Below, in pieces: positions 16,592-26,285 of a stretch of 64,000 nucleotides of DNA. This DNA is from Vulcanimicrobiota bacterium. GTDB taxonomy: Bacteria > Vulcanimicrobiota > Vulcanimicrobiia > Vulcanimicrobiales > Vulcanimicrobiaceae. The first letter of the stretch is position 1. Every line of letters starts with the position of its first letter. The notes under the pieces are model-generated. The model did no database searches and had not been told where the DNA came from. It was given only the letters and a program-made list of their open reading frames with translations. A program made the position numbers and the translations under genes. The stretch is from assembly GCA_963786105.1 (NCBI GenBank), contig CAWAXX010000023.1, positions 256,001 to 320,000 on the forward strand, given 5' to 3'.

Positions 16592-18784
16592 CTAACTGCG
16601 AGCGTCCGAAGTCTTTTGACCGATGCGGAAGATGACGAATTCCGCGGGTTTCAAGAGGGCCGCGCCGATCAGACAGATCATGCGGCCGTTATCCAAGTCG
16701 TTTTGTGTCATCGTACTGCGGTCGCAGCGCACGAAGTACGCCTGCGACGGCGAGGCTCCAAGGAGTCGCCCCTCGACGAACTCGTTGTACAAGAACGAGT
16801 CGACCGAGTCTTTGACCCTCGCCCATAGGGCGGGACCGTTGTTTTCGAACACCGCCCACTGCGTGCTGTTGTCGATCGAGTGTTCGAGGTAGATCAAGTA
16901 CCGCCGTACGTTGACGTACATGAACTCGGAATCGGAACTGGCCGTCCGTGCGCCCCAAACGCGATAACCGCGGTCTGGGAAGTACCGCAAGCAGTTGATT
17001 CCGAGCGGATTCAAGGTGGCTTGTTCGGCGAACGTAATTTGACGTTCGAAGTCGAGAGCATCGAGCACGACTTCGTTCGCAGGGGCCTTGGCCACGCTGT
17101 TCTGATCGTCGTTGCGGGCGTAGATGCCGGCCATGAACCCCGAAGGGGGAACGGCGACTTCGGCCGGGATCGCCGTTCCCGAGCGTGCCAGCGGATTCGA
17201 CATGAGCACCCATGGGGTGTAGATCGCGGCATAACTGCTGTCGATGCGCGCCCGCACGTCTTCGTTGTCGGAGGCAATCTGGTTGGGCGGCGTATCGAGA
17301 AGGGCGACACGATAGGCGCGTTGCCGGCTTACGTGCGTGATCAGGCTGTCGATGATGGCTTCGCTGTCGGGGAATATGGAAGAACCAGGCGCCGCCACGA
17401 TAGCGATGTCCTCGAGACCTTCGAAAAGCGCGAGCGCTACGTCGTAGTCTTCGGCGACTGGCGCGCCCCCGTCGTTGCCGCCGGCGAGTACGAACGTTTT
17501 CGATGCGCCGTTGGCCGGGCTGGCTGACGTTCCGAACAAATTCGTGAACAGCGTCCCCGGTGCGAGCCCAGCGGTGATGTTGAACGCGACTTGGTTTTCC
17601 AGCGAGTCGATGTGGCGGGGCGGCGTGGCGCCGAGCATCGTCCCGAGATAACTCGGATGCGCCACATCGAAGCCGAGCCCGTCGTACACCTGCAGCTGTT
17701 GACCGCCGGGCGCGCTGACTTTCTGACTGGCGGCGCCATATGCGCTGACTTGCAGCGTGAGCGCGTAGAGGGTCATGCCGGCCGGAGTGGTGGCCGGAAG
17801 CGGGGTTGCGCCGCTAGTGAACGTGCTGCCGGTGCCGTTGGCGTAGAGCGTCGTGACGCCGGACAGCGCCACCGCAGCGCCCGCGCTGTGAGGGGCCGCA
17901 TTCGATCCGCCTTGCCCGCGCGTCACCGTGAGAACGGTCTTGGTTGCGTCGACGGCGCTTACGGCCAGGATCTCTTTGTCGATCTGCACGGTGGCGGGCG
18001 TCGCGCCGCTCAGCGGCGGCGAAATCGTCACCGTGGTATCGCTCGCCGCGACCGCCCCGCCGAGAACCAACGCCGCGAGAACGGGAGCGTTTTGCGCGTG
18101 TTTGGCGGTGATCGGTGACACGGTCAGGATGGTCTTGGTTGCATCGATCCCGCTCACGCTCAACGTCTCGTTGTCGACGAGCACCGTCGGCGGGACGCTG
18201 CCGGTGAACGCCGCGTTCAAGGTGATTTGGGTGGTGGCCGGATTCGTCACGTCGACTTCGGCTTTGAGCGTTCCAACCGATCCCGAAAGTGGCGCAGGGG
18301 CGGCGACCGAGGCGACCAGCGACCCTTGCGGAAGGCTGCTGACGTTGGGGATCTTGGTAGCGACGAGATTGACCGTCACGCTTTGATTGTTGGCGAAGGC
18401 GCCCGGAAAACGCGCACCTAGGGTAACATCGCCCGATCCGGCAGTCGCGCAATTGGCGGCGGCCGCCGCCGAACCGCCGGCAAAGACGCGCGAAACGTAT
18501 AGCATCGAGCCGCCGTTGTCGAAGAACCCCTTAACGCTCAGCGCGAGGAAGTTCGTGTTCTGCGGATCGGCGGGATTAGTCGACAGCGAAAGCTGGTCGT
18601 ACCCGCCGTACATGCTCTGGAAATCGCCGAAACTGGTGAGCAGCTGCGGAACGCCGCCGACGGGACCGGTCAGTGCCGGCCCGGCAAAGCCGGTCGTCGT
18701 CGTCCCGACGCCTTCGATCGAAGGCGCTCGAAAGCTGACCTCCTCGACATAAACCGCCGGCGCAAGATAGTTCGCCACGATCAT
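16592..18784 (-). CDS. Tail sheath protein 1 (Afp2-like) with a tandem accessory insertion
   Basis: YLAPAVYVEE...IEGVGT; PPSGFMAGIYAR..KAPANE; VWGART; YVNVRRY; WAVFENN; KPAEFVIFRI. Confidence 0.95.
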   Translation of the reverse strand: MIVANYLAPAVYVEEVSFRAPSIEGVGTTTTGFAGPALTGPVGGVPQLLTSFGDFQSMYGGYDQLSLSTNPADPQNTNFLALSVKGFFDNGGSMLYVSRVFAGGSAAAAANCATAGSGDVTLGARFPGAFANNQSVTVNLVATKIPNVSSLPQGSLVASVAAPAPLSGSVGTLKAEVDVTNPATTQITLNAAFTGSVPPTVLVDNETLSVSGIDATKTILTVSPITAKHAQNAPVLAALVLGGAVAASDTTVTISPPLSGATPATVQIDKEILAVSAVDATKTVLTVTRGQGGSNAAPHSAGAAVALSGVTTLYANGTGSTFTSGATPLPATTPAGMTLYALTLQVSAYGAASQKVSAPGGQQLQVYDGLGFDVAHPSYLGTMLGATPPRHIDSLENQVAFNITAGLAPGTLFTNLFGTSASPANGASKTFVLAGGNDGGAPVAEDYDVALALFEGLEDIAIVAAPGSSIFPDSEAIIDSLITHVSRQRAYRVALLDTPPNQIASDNEDVRARIDSSYAAIYTPWVLMSNPLARSGTAIPAEVAVPPSGFMAGIYARNDDQNSVAKAPANEVVLDALDFERQITFAEQATLNPLGINCLRYFPDRGYRVWGARTASSDSEFMYVNVRRYLIYLEHSIDNSTQWAVFENNGPALWARVKDSVDSFLYNEFVEGRLLGASPSQAYFVRCDRSTMTQNDLDNGRMICLIGAALLKPAEFVIFRIGQKTSDARS

Positions 18785-18791
18785 TCCCCTT

Positions 18792-19529
18792 TCAAACGTT
18801 GATTTGCAGCAACGCGGTAATGCTTTGTCCTGGTGCGAGCCCTTCGGGCAGACTAGCGCTCTTGAGCGCCGGGTTGGAGAGGTTTACGAGGACGTCGTCC
18901 GGGTTCGGAATCCAGCTGCTCGGTTGTTGGAGTGCGCTCGGATCGAACCACGCGGTGAGCGTGACCGAAAGCGTCTTTTCGGTGACCGGACCACTGCTGT
19001 TCGCGCTCGTTTGCGGCGTGAGTCCGCACAGCGCCATTAGTGCCTCACCCCGCGCATCCGCTACGCCGGTCGCAACCGGTTTGCCATCGCTCGTCCGCGC
19101 GATTTGCAACGCCGCCCACGGCAAGCCGTTTTTCAGAGGGGTGCCATCGACGACCGATGCGTGTACTACCGCCCAATTCGGCGCGACCGGGGCCGCGGGC
19201 GACGGATAAAGCCGAATCATTTGCGGCTGAGCAGTTGACACCAACTGCACCGGAATCTGAATCGAAGCGCGACGCGGCAGGTAGCGAAGACTCGGATCCT
19301 CGATCGTGACCTCGAAGGCGAGCGGCGCCGGCCACGTTCCGGAAGGCACGAACTGCGTCGTCAACGCGCCAAAATTTGGCGCATCGAGGACCGCATAGAT
19401 TCCGCTCCGGTTTCGTACGACCGCCAGGCCGGGAGCGGTGACCGTCAGCGGGTCGATAACAGCATTGCCGGTGATCGCGTCGGTACACGCGAACCCGGCA
19501 AGGACGCGACGATCGACGAGCTCGATCAT
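18792..19529 (-). CDS. eCIS-associated hypothetical protein (carboxypeptidase-regulatory-like beta sandwich)
   Basis: Lies between the cap and sheath genes; DAITG, RNRSG, YLPR, ADARGE motifs. Confidence 0.65.
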   Translation of the reverse strand: MIELVDRRVLAGFACTDAITGNAVIDPLTVTAPGLAVVRNRSGIYAVLDAPNFGALTTQFVPSGTWPAPLAFEVTIEDPSLRYLPRRASIQIPVQLVSTAQPQMIRLYPSPAAPVAPNWAVVHASVVDGTPLKNGLPWAALQIARTSDGKPVATGVADARGEALMALCGLTPQTSANSSGPVTEKTLSVTLTAWFDPSALQQPSSWIPNPDDVLVNLSNPALKSASLPEGLAPGQSITALLQINV

Positions 19530-20110
19530 GAAGCGCTCGCCTGATACTCAAAGCGGGTCGCAACCACGGGACTGCCCGGCGTAACGGTGCGGTCGACCCG
19601 TACGACTCGAGCAATGTACGCCGTGCTCAGCCGGTATTTTGGGCCGAGGGCATCCCAAATACGTAAGATGTCTTCCAGGCTCAAGTCGGCCGGCATCAGT
19701 TGGACCGATTCGGTCGAATCCCAGCCGGCATTAGCGGTCGACAGCGACAGGATCGATGAGTCGAGAATCAGATTCGAGGCCAGCTGCTGCATCGTCCAGG
19801 CGAGAATTTTTTGCTCGGCTTCGGCGCTGCTGCCCCAGTACGTGATCAAATAGTGCAAATCCAAAAACAGTACGGGCTGCTCTCCCGGCGAATCCTGGAG
19901 TCGCGTCACCGATCGGAAGTTCTCGTTCGTCGTTATGCGATGAAGGAAGATCGAGACGACCTGATCGTTGGATTGCTCCTCGCCGGCAAGCTCCACGCTC
20001 GACATCAAGCTGAAAGTGCACGGGAATCCCACCAGGACCGGATCGTAATTATTCTGCAGGAATCGCGCCAGCGAATCACCGACCGCGAATACTCCTTGGT
20101 AATTCGCCAC
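19526..20110 (-). CDS. DUF4255 / Pvc16 / Afp16 cap (terminator) protein
   Basis: VSIFLHRI..NE..R...LDLHYLIT.W...EQ..L...LSLEDILRIWDAL...YRLS..Y.ARVV; GGAG RBS before GTG 20110. Confidence 0.9.
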   Translation of the reverse strand: MANYQGVFAVGDSLARFLQNNYDPVLVGFPCTFSLMSSVELAGEEQSNDQVVSIFLHRITTNENFRSVTRLQDSPGEQPVLFLDLHYLITYWGSSAEAEQKILAWTMQQLASNLILDSSILSLSTANAGWDSTESVQLMPADLSLEDILRIWDALGPKYRLSTAYIARVVRVDRTVTPGSPVVATRFEYQASAS

Positions 20111-20178
20111 ACCGGAACTCCTCCGCACTCATCCTACGCGGAGCGCTCTCGGCATTCTCTCCGGCTCCTCGCCGAAAG

Positions 20179-20874
20179 CTACGAGGTGGTTGGAGGCGGT
20201 AGTGTCGGAGCGGCGGGCAGATCGGCGAACGCGGACGCCACGCCTAAAGCGGAAGCGAAGTATCGCTCGACCTCGATGACGCGCTGGCAGTGGTTCGGGA
20301 AAGCGCCGCTGTTGTAATACGCCAGCATGCCGGTGTTGCCGAAATTGTAGGCTCCCGTTCCAAGTAGTACGGCATTGGACAGCCTCGGATCCGGTTGGCT
20401 GCCCTGGTTGCTTTGAATGATGGACGTAGCCCACGCGATCTTCGCGGCCATCAATCGACAATGGCGACCGATGGCCTTGTCGAGGTCGAACGCATACGCT
20501 CGCGCGCTCGCGAAGTCCGTGACCCCGGCCTCGCCCAAAAGATACGTGAGTTTCAGCTGCGCGATGCCCATGTCGTACTGCATCGGATTGTCGTTAGGAT
20601 TGCTTCGGGCGACGCCGGCGGCCGTCTTTCCGATGTTATGGTTTTCGCACAGGGGATCGAGCGTCGACTCGATGGCCAGGCACGCAGCCGTGACCGATAT
20701 TTGGACCCCCTCGGTAGGGGCGTACACCTTGATTTTGGTTGAAATCTCCAAGGCTTGAGATTCGGTGACCTTATGGATGATGATGCCTTCATCGGCGTTC
20801 GTCCACTCGGTCTGACCGCCTGCGAAGATAGAGAGGGTGTTGTTGTGCGAGAGGATGGCTTCGTAGAACTGCAT
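20179..20874 (-). CDS. Lysozyme-like / lytic transglycosylase (SLT-fold) protein
   Basis: ACLAIES (putative catalytic Glu), DMGIAQL and GAYNFG correspond to SLT motifs I-III. Confidence 0.65.
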   Translation of the reverse strand: MQFYEAILSHNNTLSIFAGGQTEWTNADEGIIIHKVTESQALEISTKIKVYAPTEGVQISVTAACLAIESTLDPLCENHNIGKTAAGVARSNPNDNPMQYDMGIAQLKLTYLLGEAGVTDFASARAYAFDLDKAIGRHCRLMAAKIAWATSIIQSNQGSQPDPRLSNAVLLGTGAYNFGNTGMLAYYNSGAFPNHCQRVIEVERYFASALGVASAFADLPAAPTLPPPTTS

Positions 20875-21008
20875 GTCGGCCCCATTTCGGTGGCATCATG
20901 CTTTCGCAGCGGCGTTGCTGGGTTCCGTCGCCATTCGCGAGAGCGCTTGATGAACCAAGCGAGAGCCGCCGCCAGGCGCGTCTCATGTAAGATGCGAATT
21001 ATGAAATA

Positions 21009-22217
21009 ATGAACGCCAACGTCGTCTCGTCGAAGCGCCCGCTGCCCGTTGGGCGAATTGGGATTTCAACGGTGCTCGCGCTTATTTTGGCTGCGGTAGC
21101 CTGGAACGCGTACGGTAACATTTCAGGCCCAAAGTCAAAGGACAGTCTGGCGACGTGCCAGACCCTCTACAAGACAGGAAGTGGGTCGGGGGCGGGGGCG
21201 GCGGACCACCCGGTTCCAACCCCCGCGCCGACGAGCACCGCAGATCCCGTTGACACGTGCAAAACGGCTCTGAGTGCGGCCTCGTGGCCGTTCGCAGAGT
21301 TTGGATTGCTGGCGGTGCTCGCACTGCTGCTGGTTACGTATGCGTTTAGCGGCCAGCATCCGCTGCTGATGTTCGAGAGCGATGGCGGCGGCGGCCTGAG
21401 CATTTCCAAGTTCCAGTTTTTTGCATGGACGGTTGTGGTTGGGTATGCGTACGCGATGTTGTACGCGGCGCGGCTGGCGGTCACCGGGGATCCGCATCCG
21501 ATTACGTCGATTCCCGGCAACGTTCTCTTGGCGATGGGCTTCAGCATCACGACGGCAGTTGCCGCCAAAGCGATCACCGTGAACAACATCTCGACCGGCC
21601 GGATTACTCAACAGGCGGGGAGTCCGGCGGCGGTGACGGCGGCATCGCTGATCACGTCGGACGACGTACCGGACTTGAATAAGATTCAAATGCTCTTCTG
21701 GACGCTCGTCGGGACGACGATTTTCGTCATTCAAGCACACAGCGGGGTTTACGATGCGGTGTTTTGCACGAATGCGCCCGAAAGCCACTGTTTTCCCAAT
21801 ATCGACACGTCGTTGATGCTCCTTATGGGACTGAGTCAAGCGTCGTATCTCGGCGGAAAGCTTACGTCGGTCAATGCCCCTGCGATCGTCAGCATTTCGC
21901 CGTCATCGGTAAGAATAGCCGATTTGACCGCATTCGCTTCCGGGTTCGCCATGCCCGCTCCCGGAGGTCCCGCCCCCGCTCCGGTCGCGGTCACGATTTC
22001 GGGGTCGAACTTCGGCGACGAGCAAGCCGAGAGTCAGGTACTGATCAACGACGCTCCTTTATGGGGCGGCAAAATTACAAAGTGGTCCGACGCAAGTATT
22101 ATCTTCACTTTGCCGCCGTCGAGACTCGACGGTTCGGCCTGGACGCCGATGGCCGTGGATGTGAACGTGCAAGTGAGTGGGGCCAAAGCTAACCCGCAAA
22201 AGCTCAGCCTAACGTAG
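21009..22217 (+). CDS. Multi-pass membrane protein with a C-terminal IPT/TIG-like domain
   Basis: Duplicated SISKFQFFAWT / LNKIQMLFWT and LLAMGFS / LMGLSQASYLGGK motifs; C-terminal VTISGSNFG...WSDASIIFTLP. Confidence 0.7.
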   Translation: MNANVVSSKRPLPVGRIGISTVLALILAAVAWNAYGNISGPKSKDSLATCQTLYKTGSGSGAGAADHPVPTPAPTSTADPVDTCKTALSAASWPFAEFGLLAVLALLLVTYAFSGQHPLLMFESDGGGGLSISKFQFFAWTVVVGYAYAMLYAARLAVTGDPHPITSIPGNVLLAMGFSITTAVAAKAITVNNISTGRITQQAGSPAAVTAASLITSDDVPDLNKIQMLFWTLVGTTIFVIQAHSGVYDAVFCTNAPESHCFPNIDTSLMLLMGLSQASYLGGKLTSVNAPAIVSISPSSVRIADLTAFASGFAMPAPGGPAPAPVAVTISGSNFGDEQAESQVLINDAPLWGGKITKWSDASIIFTLPPSRLDGSAWTPMAVDVNVQVSGAKANPQKLSLT

Positions 22218-22218
22218 C

Positions 22219-23241
22219 GTGCCTCAAAAGCGTCTCATCCTCTTGGTGCCAGGATTTCAGGAGAAGTTCTTGGCGGGATCGCAACTGACGGTTTTAAAGA
22301 ACTACCTCGAGATCAAAAGCGGTGCTACGAGCGTTCCCATCGGTCATCAGCCGTACGCCGGCTACAGAATCGAAGCTTCCGGCGCAACGCTCGAGATGTT
22401 CGAAGCAAACTGGCAGGCCTCTACGGCGATGCTCAGCTCGAAAGGCTGGTTCATAAGATTGACTTGGGGGCTATATCTGCTCGCCACATGGTTGAATCCG
22501 CAGACCTTCCGCCGCGCTCGCGGACATAATGCTTGGTTCGTGTGGTTCGGCCTGATGCTTGTGCTCGTCGCCGTATGGTGGAGTAGCGCCATACCTGCAC
22601 TACTTAAACAGTTTGGTTTACCGTTGCATATTGGCTCGTGGGAGCTCGGTCAACCTTGGTTTCTCGCGCTAGCCGCTTCTCTTCTTGCGGCCTTTGGAGT
22701 AAGCGTAACGGCGTCCGTTGACGTCGCCGATTTGTTTCGACGCTACCTTAGCAACTTGGTCGATGACAATGGCCTGCCGACGCGCAAAGTAATGCGCGGT
22801 ACCCTCACGGACGCAGTGAACGCGCTTTCTAGCAATGGCTACGACGAAATCGTTTTGGTCGCCCACAGTTTCGGTGTCTTGGTCGCCCTGGATGCCATAG
22901 CAGAAGGTCTGAATCGAAAGGTTTACTTTGTCAGCCTTGGCGGTTTTCTCGCGTTTCTAGCCGCCGAAAACGATTGGGTTACCCAAAGCATTACGACGTG
23001 TTCGCAAAGCGATTGTTTAAGCGCCTGGGTCGATTATTATTCGAACGAAGATATGTTCGCCGCGCCCTCGCCGGTCCAAGGTTTAACGCCTAGAAGCGTC
23101 TCACACGACGTGGCGTTGGGAGCGTCTCTTTCGCAGAGAGTATTCGGAAAGGCGCACGTGATGTATTTTCGCAACGGCCTGGTTCAAGACACCATTATGA
23201 ACCCGTCGGACGTCTTTGGGCGACTTCGAGCCGAGCCATGA
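22219..23241 (+). CDS. Membrane-associated alpha/beta hydrolase (lipase-like)
   Basis: VLVAHSFG nucleophile elbow, FVSLG, W.DYY..ED, AH..YF; hydrophobic segments. Confidence 0.65.
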   Translation: MPQKRLILLVPGFQEKFLAGSQLTVLKNYLEIKSGATSVPIGHQPYAGYRIEASGATLEMFEANWQASTAMLSSKGWFIRLTWGLYLLATWLNPQTFRRARGHNAWFVWFGLMLVLVAVWWSSAIPALLKQFGLPLHIGSWELGQPWFLALAASLLAAFGVSVTASVDVADLFRRYLSNLVDDNGLPTRKVMRGTLTDAVNALSSNGYDEIVLVAHSFGVLVALDAIAEGLNRKVYFVSLGGFLAFLAAENDWVTQSITTCSQSDCLSAWVDYYSNEDMFAAPSPVQGLTPRSVSHDVALGASLSQRVFGKAHVMYFRNGLVQDTIMNPSDVFGRLRAEP

Positions 23242-23302
23242 GCTCATTCGAGGGGGTCCAGCGTCGCGACTTGCCAATCGTCCCCGCACGGGTCTTTCAC
23301 CC

Positions 23303-24580
23303 ATGAGCGCGCCCGAAACGCCGCCCGGCGCTCCGTGGTGGCGCCAGTTCCTGTCGCAGTATTTCGTACCTACCGCGATCGCCAGTCTCGTCGCTACCGT
23401 GCTGTCGATTTATGCCGCAGTAACGACGGCGCACGAAAGACAACAGGAATACAATCAGAAGTTCGAGCAACTCGTCGACTCGCCGACGATCATGGGCGCA
23501 CTCGGCGGCGTCTACGTTGCGAATCCCGGTACCTCGGCTTATCGGCTCGAACAAATTAAAGCGTCGTTCACGCAAACGGTTCGCGAGGAACAAGCTACGG
23601 CGACGCTGTTATCGCTTCAATCGGTTGCCGAATCGGAGACGCAACGGCGTACCGTCCTACTTATCGGCGCGCGGCTGCTCAACGCCGATCCGTCGAGCGT
23701 CTCGACCGGATCGGATGCAGCGCGGCTTCTCACGATCCTGATCGACGAGGTCGATTCCGGACGGCGCTCGTGGAATCCGTTCGAGCGAACGTTGAACAAG
23801 CACTTATGGGAAACGGTATCGAGCCAGACGTTTATGGACCTCGTCACGGCGGGGTATAGCAACGACTATTACAACGACGACTTCAACAACGCGAATTACC
23901 GGCCGTATTGGCCGACGCTCAACGGCGACGAGCCGGTTTCGCACGATGCAAAAGCTCAAGTACTTTGGGAGTTGACGGCTTCCCAATACGACGGCTGGAT
24001 CCACCTGGCGACGTTCGGGTTTAGTTTTCCGCCCGGACCGGCGCCGCGGGCAGAGCCGGGAGCCGCGCGTTCGGCGCAAGCGCCGGTGACGCCGGAAACG
24101 GCCAGGGACCTCATTCGTTACGCAACCGACGTCACGTTACGGCGCGACCTCGCCGGCGTAGCGGCGATCCGGTCGCAATACGCAATTCCCGACCCACGGG
24201 AGACGCCGCTGCACGATCCGCTATTCGACGCGAAGCAACTGATCGATCCCGCCCAGTTCCCGGCGAAGTGGATCATGCTGAAGCCTCGCCTGCTGCGGGT
24301 CAGGCCTCCCGTGGAATACATCAGTCCCGACGGGATGTTTCGCAAGGGAAGCCTCGGCCGGATCGACGGCGTCGTGCCGGCCGGTTCCTGTATCAATGTG
24401 GTCGAGCCGCTGCTACCGGTGCTCGTGTTCGTGCCGTCGTACGTCGCACAGGCCACGCCGTCAGGGGTCGCGTCTTCGAAGAACGGCGTCGAATTCGCGG
24501 GCCTCGTTCACATGTGGGCGCACGTTCGCGCGACCAAGACCGACCAAGACTGCCTATCGGTCATCGCTAAACCGCGCTAA
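23303..24580 (+). CDS. Hypothetical membrane-anchored protein
   Basis: Long ORF with an N-terminal transmembrane helix (FVPTAIASLVATVLSIYAAV). Confidence 0.6.
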   Translation: MSAPETPPGAPWWRQFLSQYFVPTAIASLVATVLSIYAAVTTAHERQQEYNQKFEQLVDSPTIMGALGGVYVANPGTSAYRLEQIKASFTQTVREEQATATLLSLQSVAESETQRRTVLLIGARLLNADPSSVSTGSDAARLLTILIDEVDSGRRSWNPFERTLNKHLWETVSSQTFMDLVTAGYSNDYYNDDFNNANYRPYWPTLNGDEPVSHDAKAQVLWELTASQYDGWIHLATFGFSFPPGPAPRAEPGAARSAQAPVTPETARDLIRYATDVTLRRDLAGVAAIRSQYAIPDPRETPLHDPLFDAKQLIDPAQFPAKWIMLKPRLLRVRPPVEYISPDGMFRKGSLGRIDGVVPAGSCINVVEPLLPVLVFVPSYVAQATPSGVASSKNGVEFAGLVHMWAHVRATKTDQDCLSVIAKPR

Positions 24581-24663
24581 CGAGTCCTTACTGCGGCGCG
24601 GAGCCTGTGAGCGAGCCACGCGAATCGAAGGTGCGCCTGCGCCCAGGATGACGACGGTCGATC

Positions 24664-25038
24664 TTAAAGACTCGGTGGCGTAGGAGATGCTTCCGTCATC
24701 TCCGGATGAAGCGCCGACTCACCGGCGCACAGCAGCCGGCCGTTGACGGCGAACTGCGCGACTTGATCGCCGCGGGCGGTGGTGGCGGTTTGCGTAACGG
24801 TCACCGCGACATCCGGCGGAAGTGCGGCTCGATTGTAGAGCAGATCCGTTTGACGAATCATCGCGTCGATCGAGTGGTCGTTTAGATTGTCGTCGAACCA
24901 CAAGCAGTTCGAAACCGGCCCGGGAAGTGCGGCGTACGAATACGCGATCGTCTCGGCCGGTGCCGAAACCGTGGCACTTGCCCAGGATACGACCAGCGCG
25001 GCCACAACCAACGAAACGAAGACCGTCGAGTGCTTCAT
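24664..25038 (-). CDS. Hypothetical secreted protein
   Basis: Signal-peptide-like MKHSTVFVSLVVAALVVSWASA. Confidence 0.55.
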   Translation of the reverse strand: MKHSTVFVSLVVAALVVSWASATVSAPAETIAYSYAALPGPVSNCLWFDDNLNDHSIDAMIRQTDLLYNRAALPPDVAVTVTQTATTARGDQVAQFAVNGRLLCAGESALHPEMTEASPTPPSL

Positions 25039-25074
25039 CGTGCGATTATACCGCAATGAAGGCCGTTGCTCCCG

Positions 25075-25896
25075 TTACCAACCGCCCGAAGCGCCGCCGC
25101 CGCCAAAGCTGCCGCCCCCGGACGAGAATCCGCCGCCGCCAAAACCTCCACCGCCGGACGAGGAGGCGATCCCCCCGAGGAAACCGCTGCTGCCCCAAAA
25201 CCACCAGCGGCGCATGTCCGCTTTGGCGCGCGTCGATCCTTCGCGCAGAATGAGGTAGCCGTAGCGAATGCTGCCGATCACTTGCACGACGACCAGAAAG
25301 ATGAGGAACGCAAAAAACAACGCGAAGACGACGAAGAGGAAGATGGCGACGCCGCTGCCGACGGCCGACGATGCGGGTTCGGGCGGCGGCGTAACGCCCT
25401 TGTACGACGGCGTGATCGTCGTGAGCATCGCGGCGACGCCGCTGGAGACGGCGCCGTCGGCGTCCCCCGCCTTCATGCGCGGAACGATATCGTCGGTGAT
25501 GATTCGGTGTGCGTCGGCGTCGGGCAGCGAGCCTTCCAGACCGTACCCGACTTCGATGCGCACCTTGTGATCTTGCGTGAACATGAAGAGCACGGCACCG
25601 TCGTCGTGACCCTTCCGGCCGATCTTCCAACGGTTAGCGGCTTGACCGGTCCACGTCTCCAGCGGAACGTCGCCGGTGGTCTGTCCGATCCACACCACGA
25701 TCTGATGGCCGGTCGCCTTTTCGTACGCTTGCAACTCGTTCTCGAGCGACGCGCGCGCGCCGCTCGAAAGCGCCCCGGCGTTGTCGGTAACGTAGTGATC
25801 CGGTGTCGGCGGCACTTTGAAGTCGTCGGCGAGGGCCGGAAGCGACCACGCAAGCGCGGCCACGAGAATGAGATACGCAAGCGGGCGCCGATTCAC
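25075..25896 (-). CDS. TPM domain protein (YgcG/DUF477) with a Gly-rich tail
   Basis: VTDNAGAL, WKIGRKG.DDG, RIEVGYGLEGSLPD, GGGSFGGGGASGGW. Confidence 0.92.
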   Translation of the reverse strand: MNRRPLAYLILVAALAWSLPALADDFKVPPTPDHYVTDNAGALSSGARASLENELQAYEKATGHQIVVWIGQTTGDVPLETWTGQAANRWKIGRKGHDDGAVLFMFTQDHKVRIEVGYGLEGSLPDADAHRIITDDIVPRMKAGDADGAVSSGVAAMLTTITPSYKGVTPPPEPASSAVGSGVAIFLFVVFALFFAFLIFLVVVQVIGSIRYGYLILREGSTRAKADMRRWWFWGSSGFLGGIASSSGGGGFGGGGFSSGGGSFGGGGASGGW

Positions 25897-26285
25897 GGCG
25901 AGTCCTCGGCCGAAGCGGCTGCAAAGTGCGCGTGCAGCGCTTCGCCTACGCGACCCACGGCGTGCAGGATGCCCTCGGTAACGTCGTCGCGAGCAAAGTA
26001 CGGGCGGGTCTCCTCCACGACGTCGCGCCAGAATGCGTCTCCAACTTGAGCGTGCAGCGCGCGATCGCCGACGATTGCAAAACGGCGAGCATTGGGGGCA
26101 ACCAGAATTAGGGCGGCATTGGATTCGTCGTGCCGGTGCAAACCAGTGCGAGCGAATTCGTGCTTGGCGCGCTCGAAAGCATCCACGGTCTTGTCGGGGA
26201 TTACGCGGACGGCGATGCGGCCGGTCGTGCCCTCTTCGGCGGCGCTGAGGGCGCGCGCGACTGCGGCCCGCTGGTCGCGCGTCAC
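25893..26285 (-). CDS. Small TPM domain protein
   Basis: AEEGTTGRI...F...GLH...NAALI...RFAIVGD..W; typical partner of LemA. Confidence 0.85.
   Translation of the reverse strand: MTRDQRAAVARALSAAEEGTTGRIAVRVIPDKTVDAFERAKHEFARTGLHRHDESNAALILVAPNARRFAIVGDRALHAQVGDAFWRDVVEETRPYFARDDVTEGILHAVGRVGEALHAHFAAASAEDSP

Larger units (their letters stand above)
1..20110 (-). other. Extracellular contractile injection system (eCIS; Afp/PVC-like) gene cluster, truncated at the window start
   Basis: Co-oriented, tightly coupled genes in the order DUF4255 cap, sheath, tube, sheath, tube, Afp7-like, hub, spike, gp25, baseplate J, wedge, fibre-like. No capsid, terminase, portal or T6SS membrane-complex genes. 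Confidence 0.93.

Noticed and set aside
1..20110. Prophage or T6SS interpretation of the tail genes
   Set aside because: No capsid, portal, terminase or integrase, and no TssJLM/ClpV. DUF4255 with two sheaths and two tubes fits eCIS.
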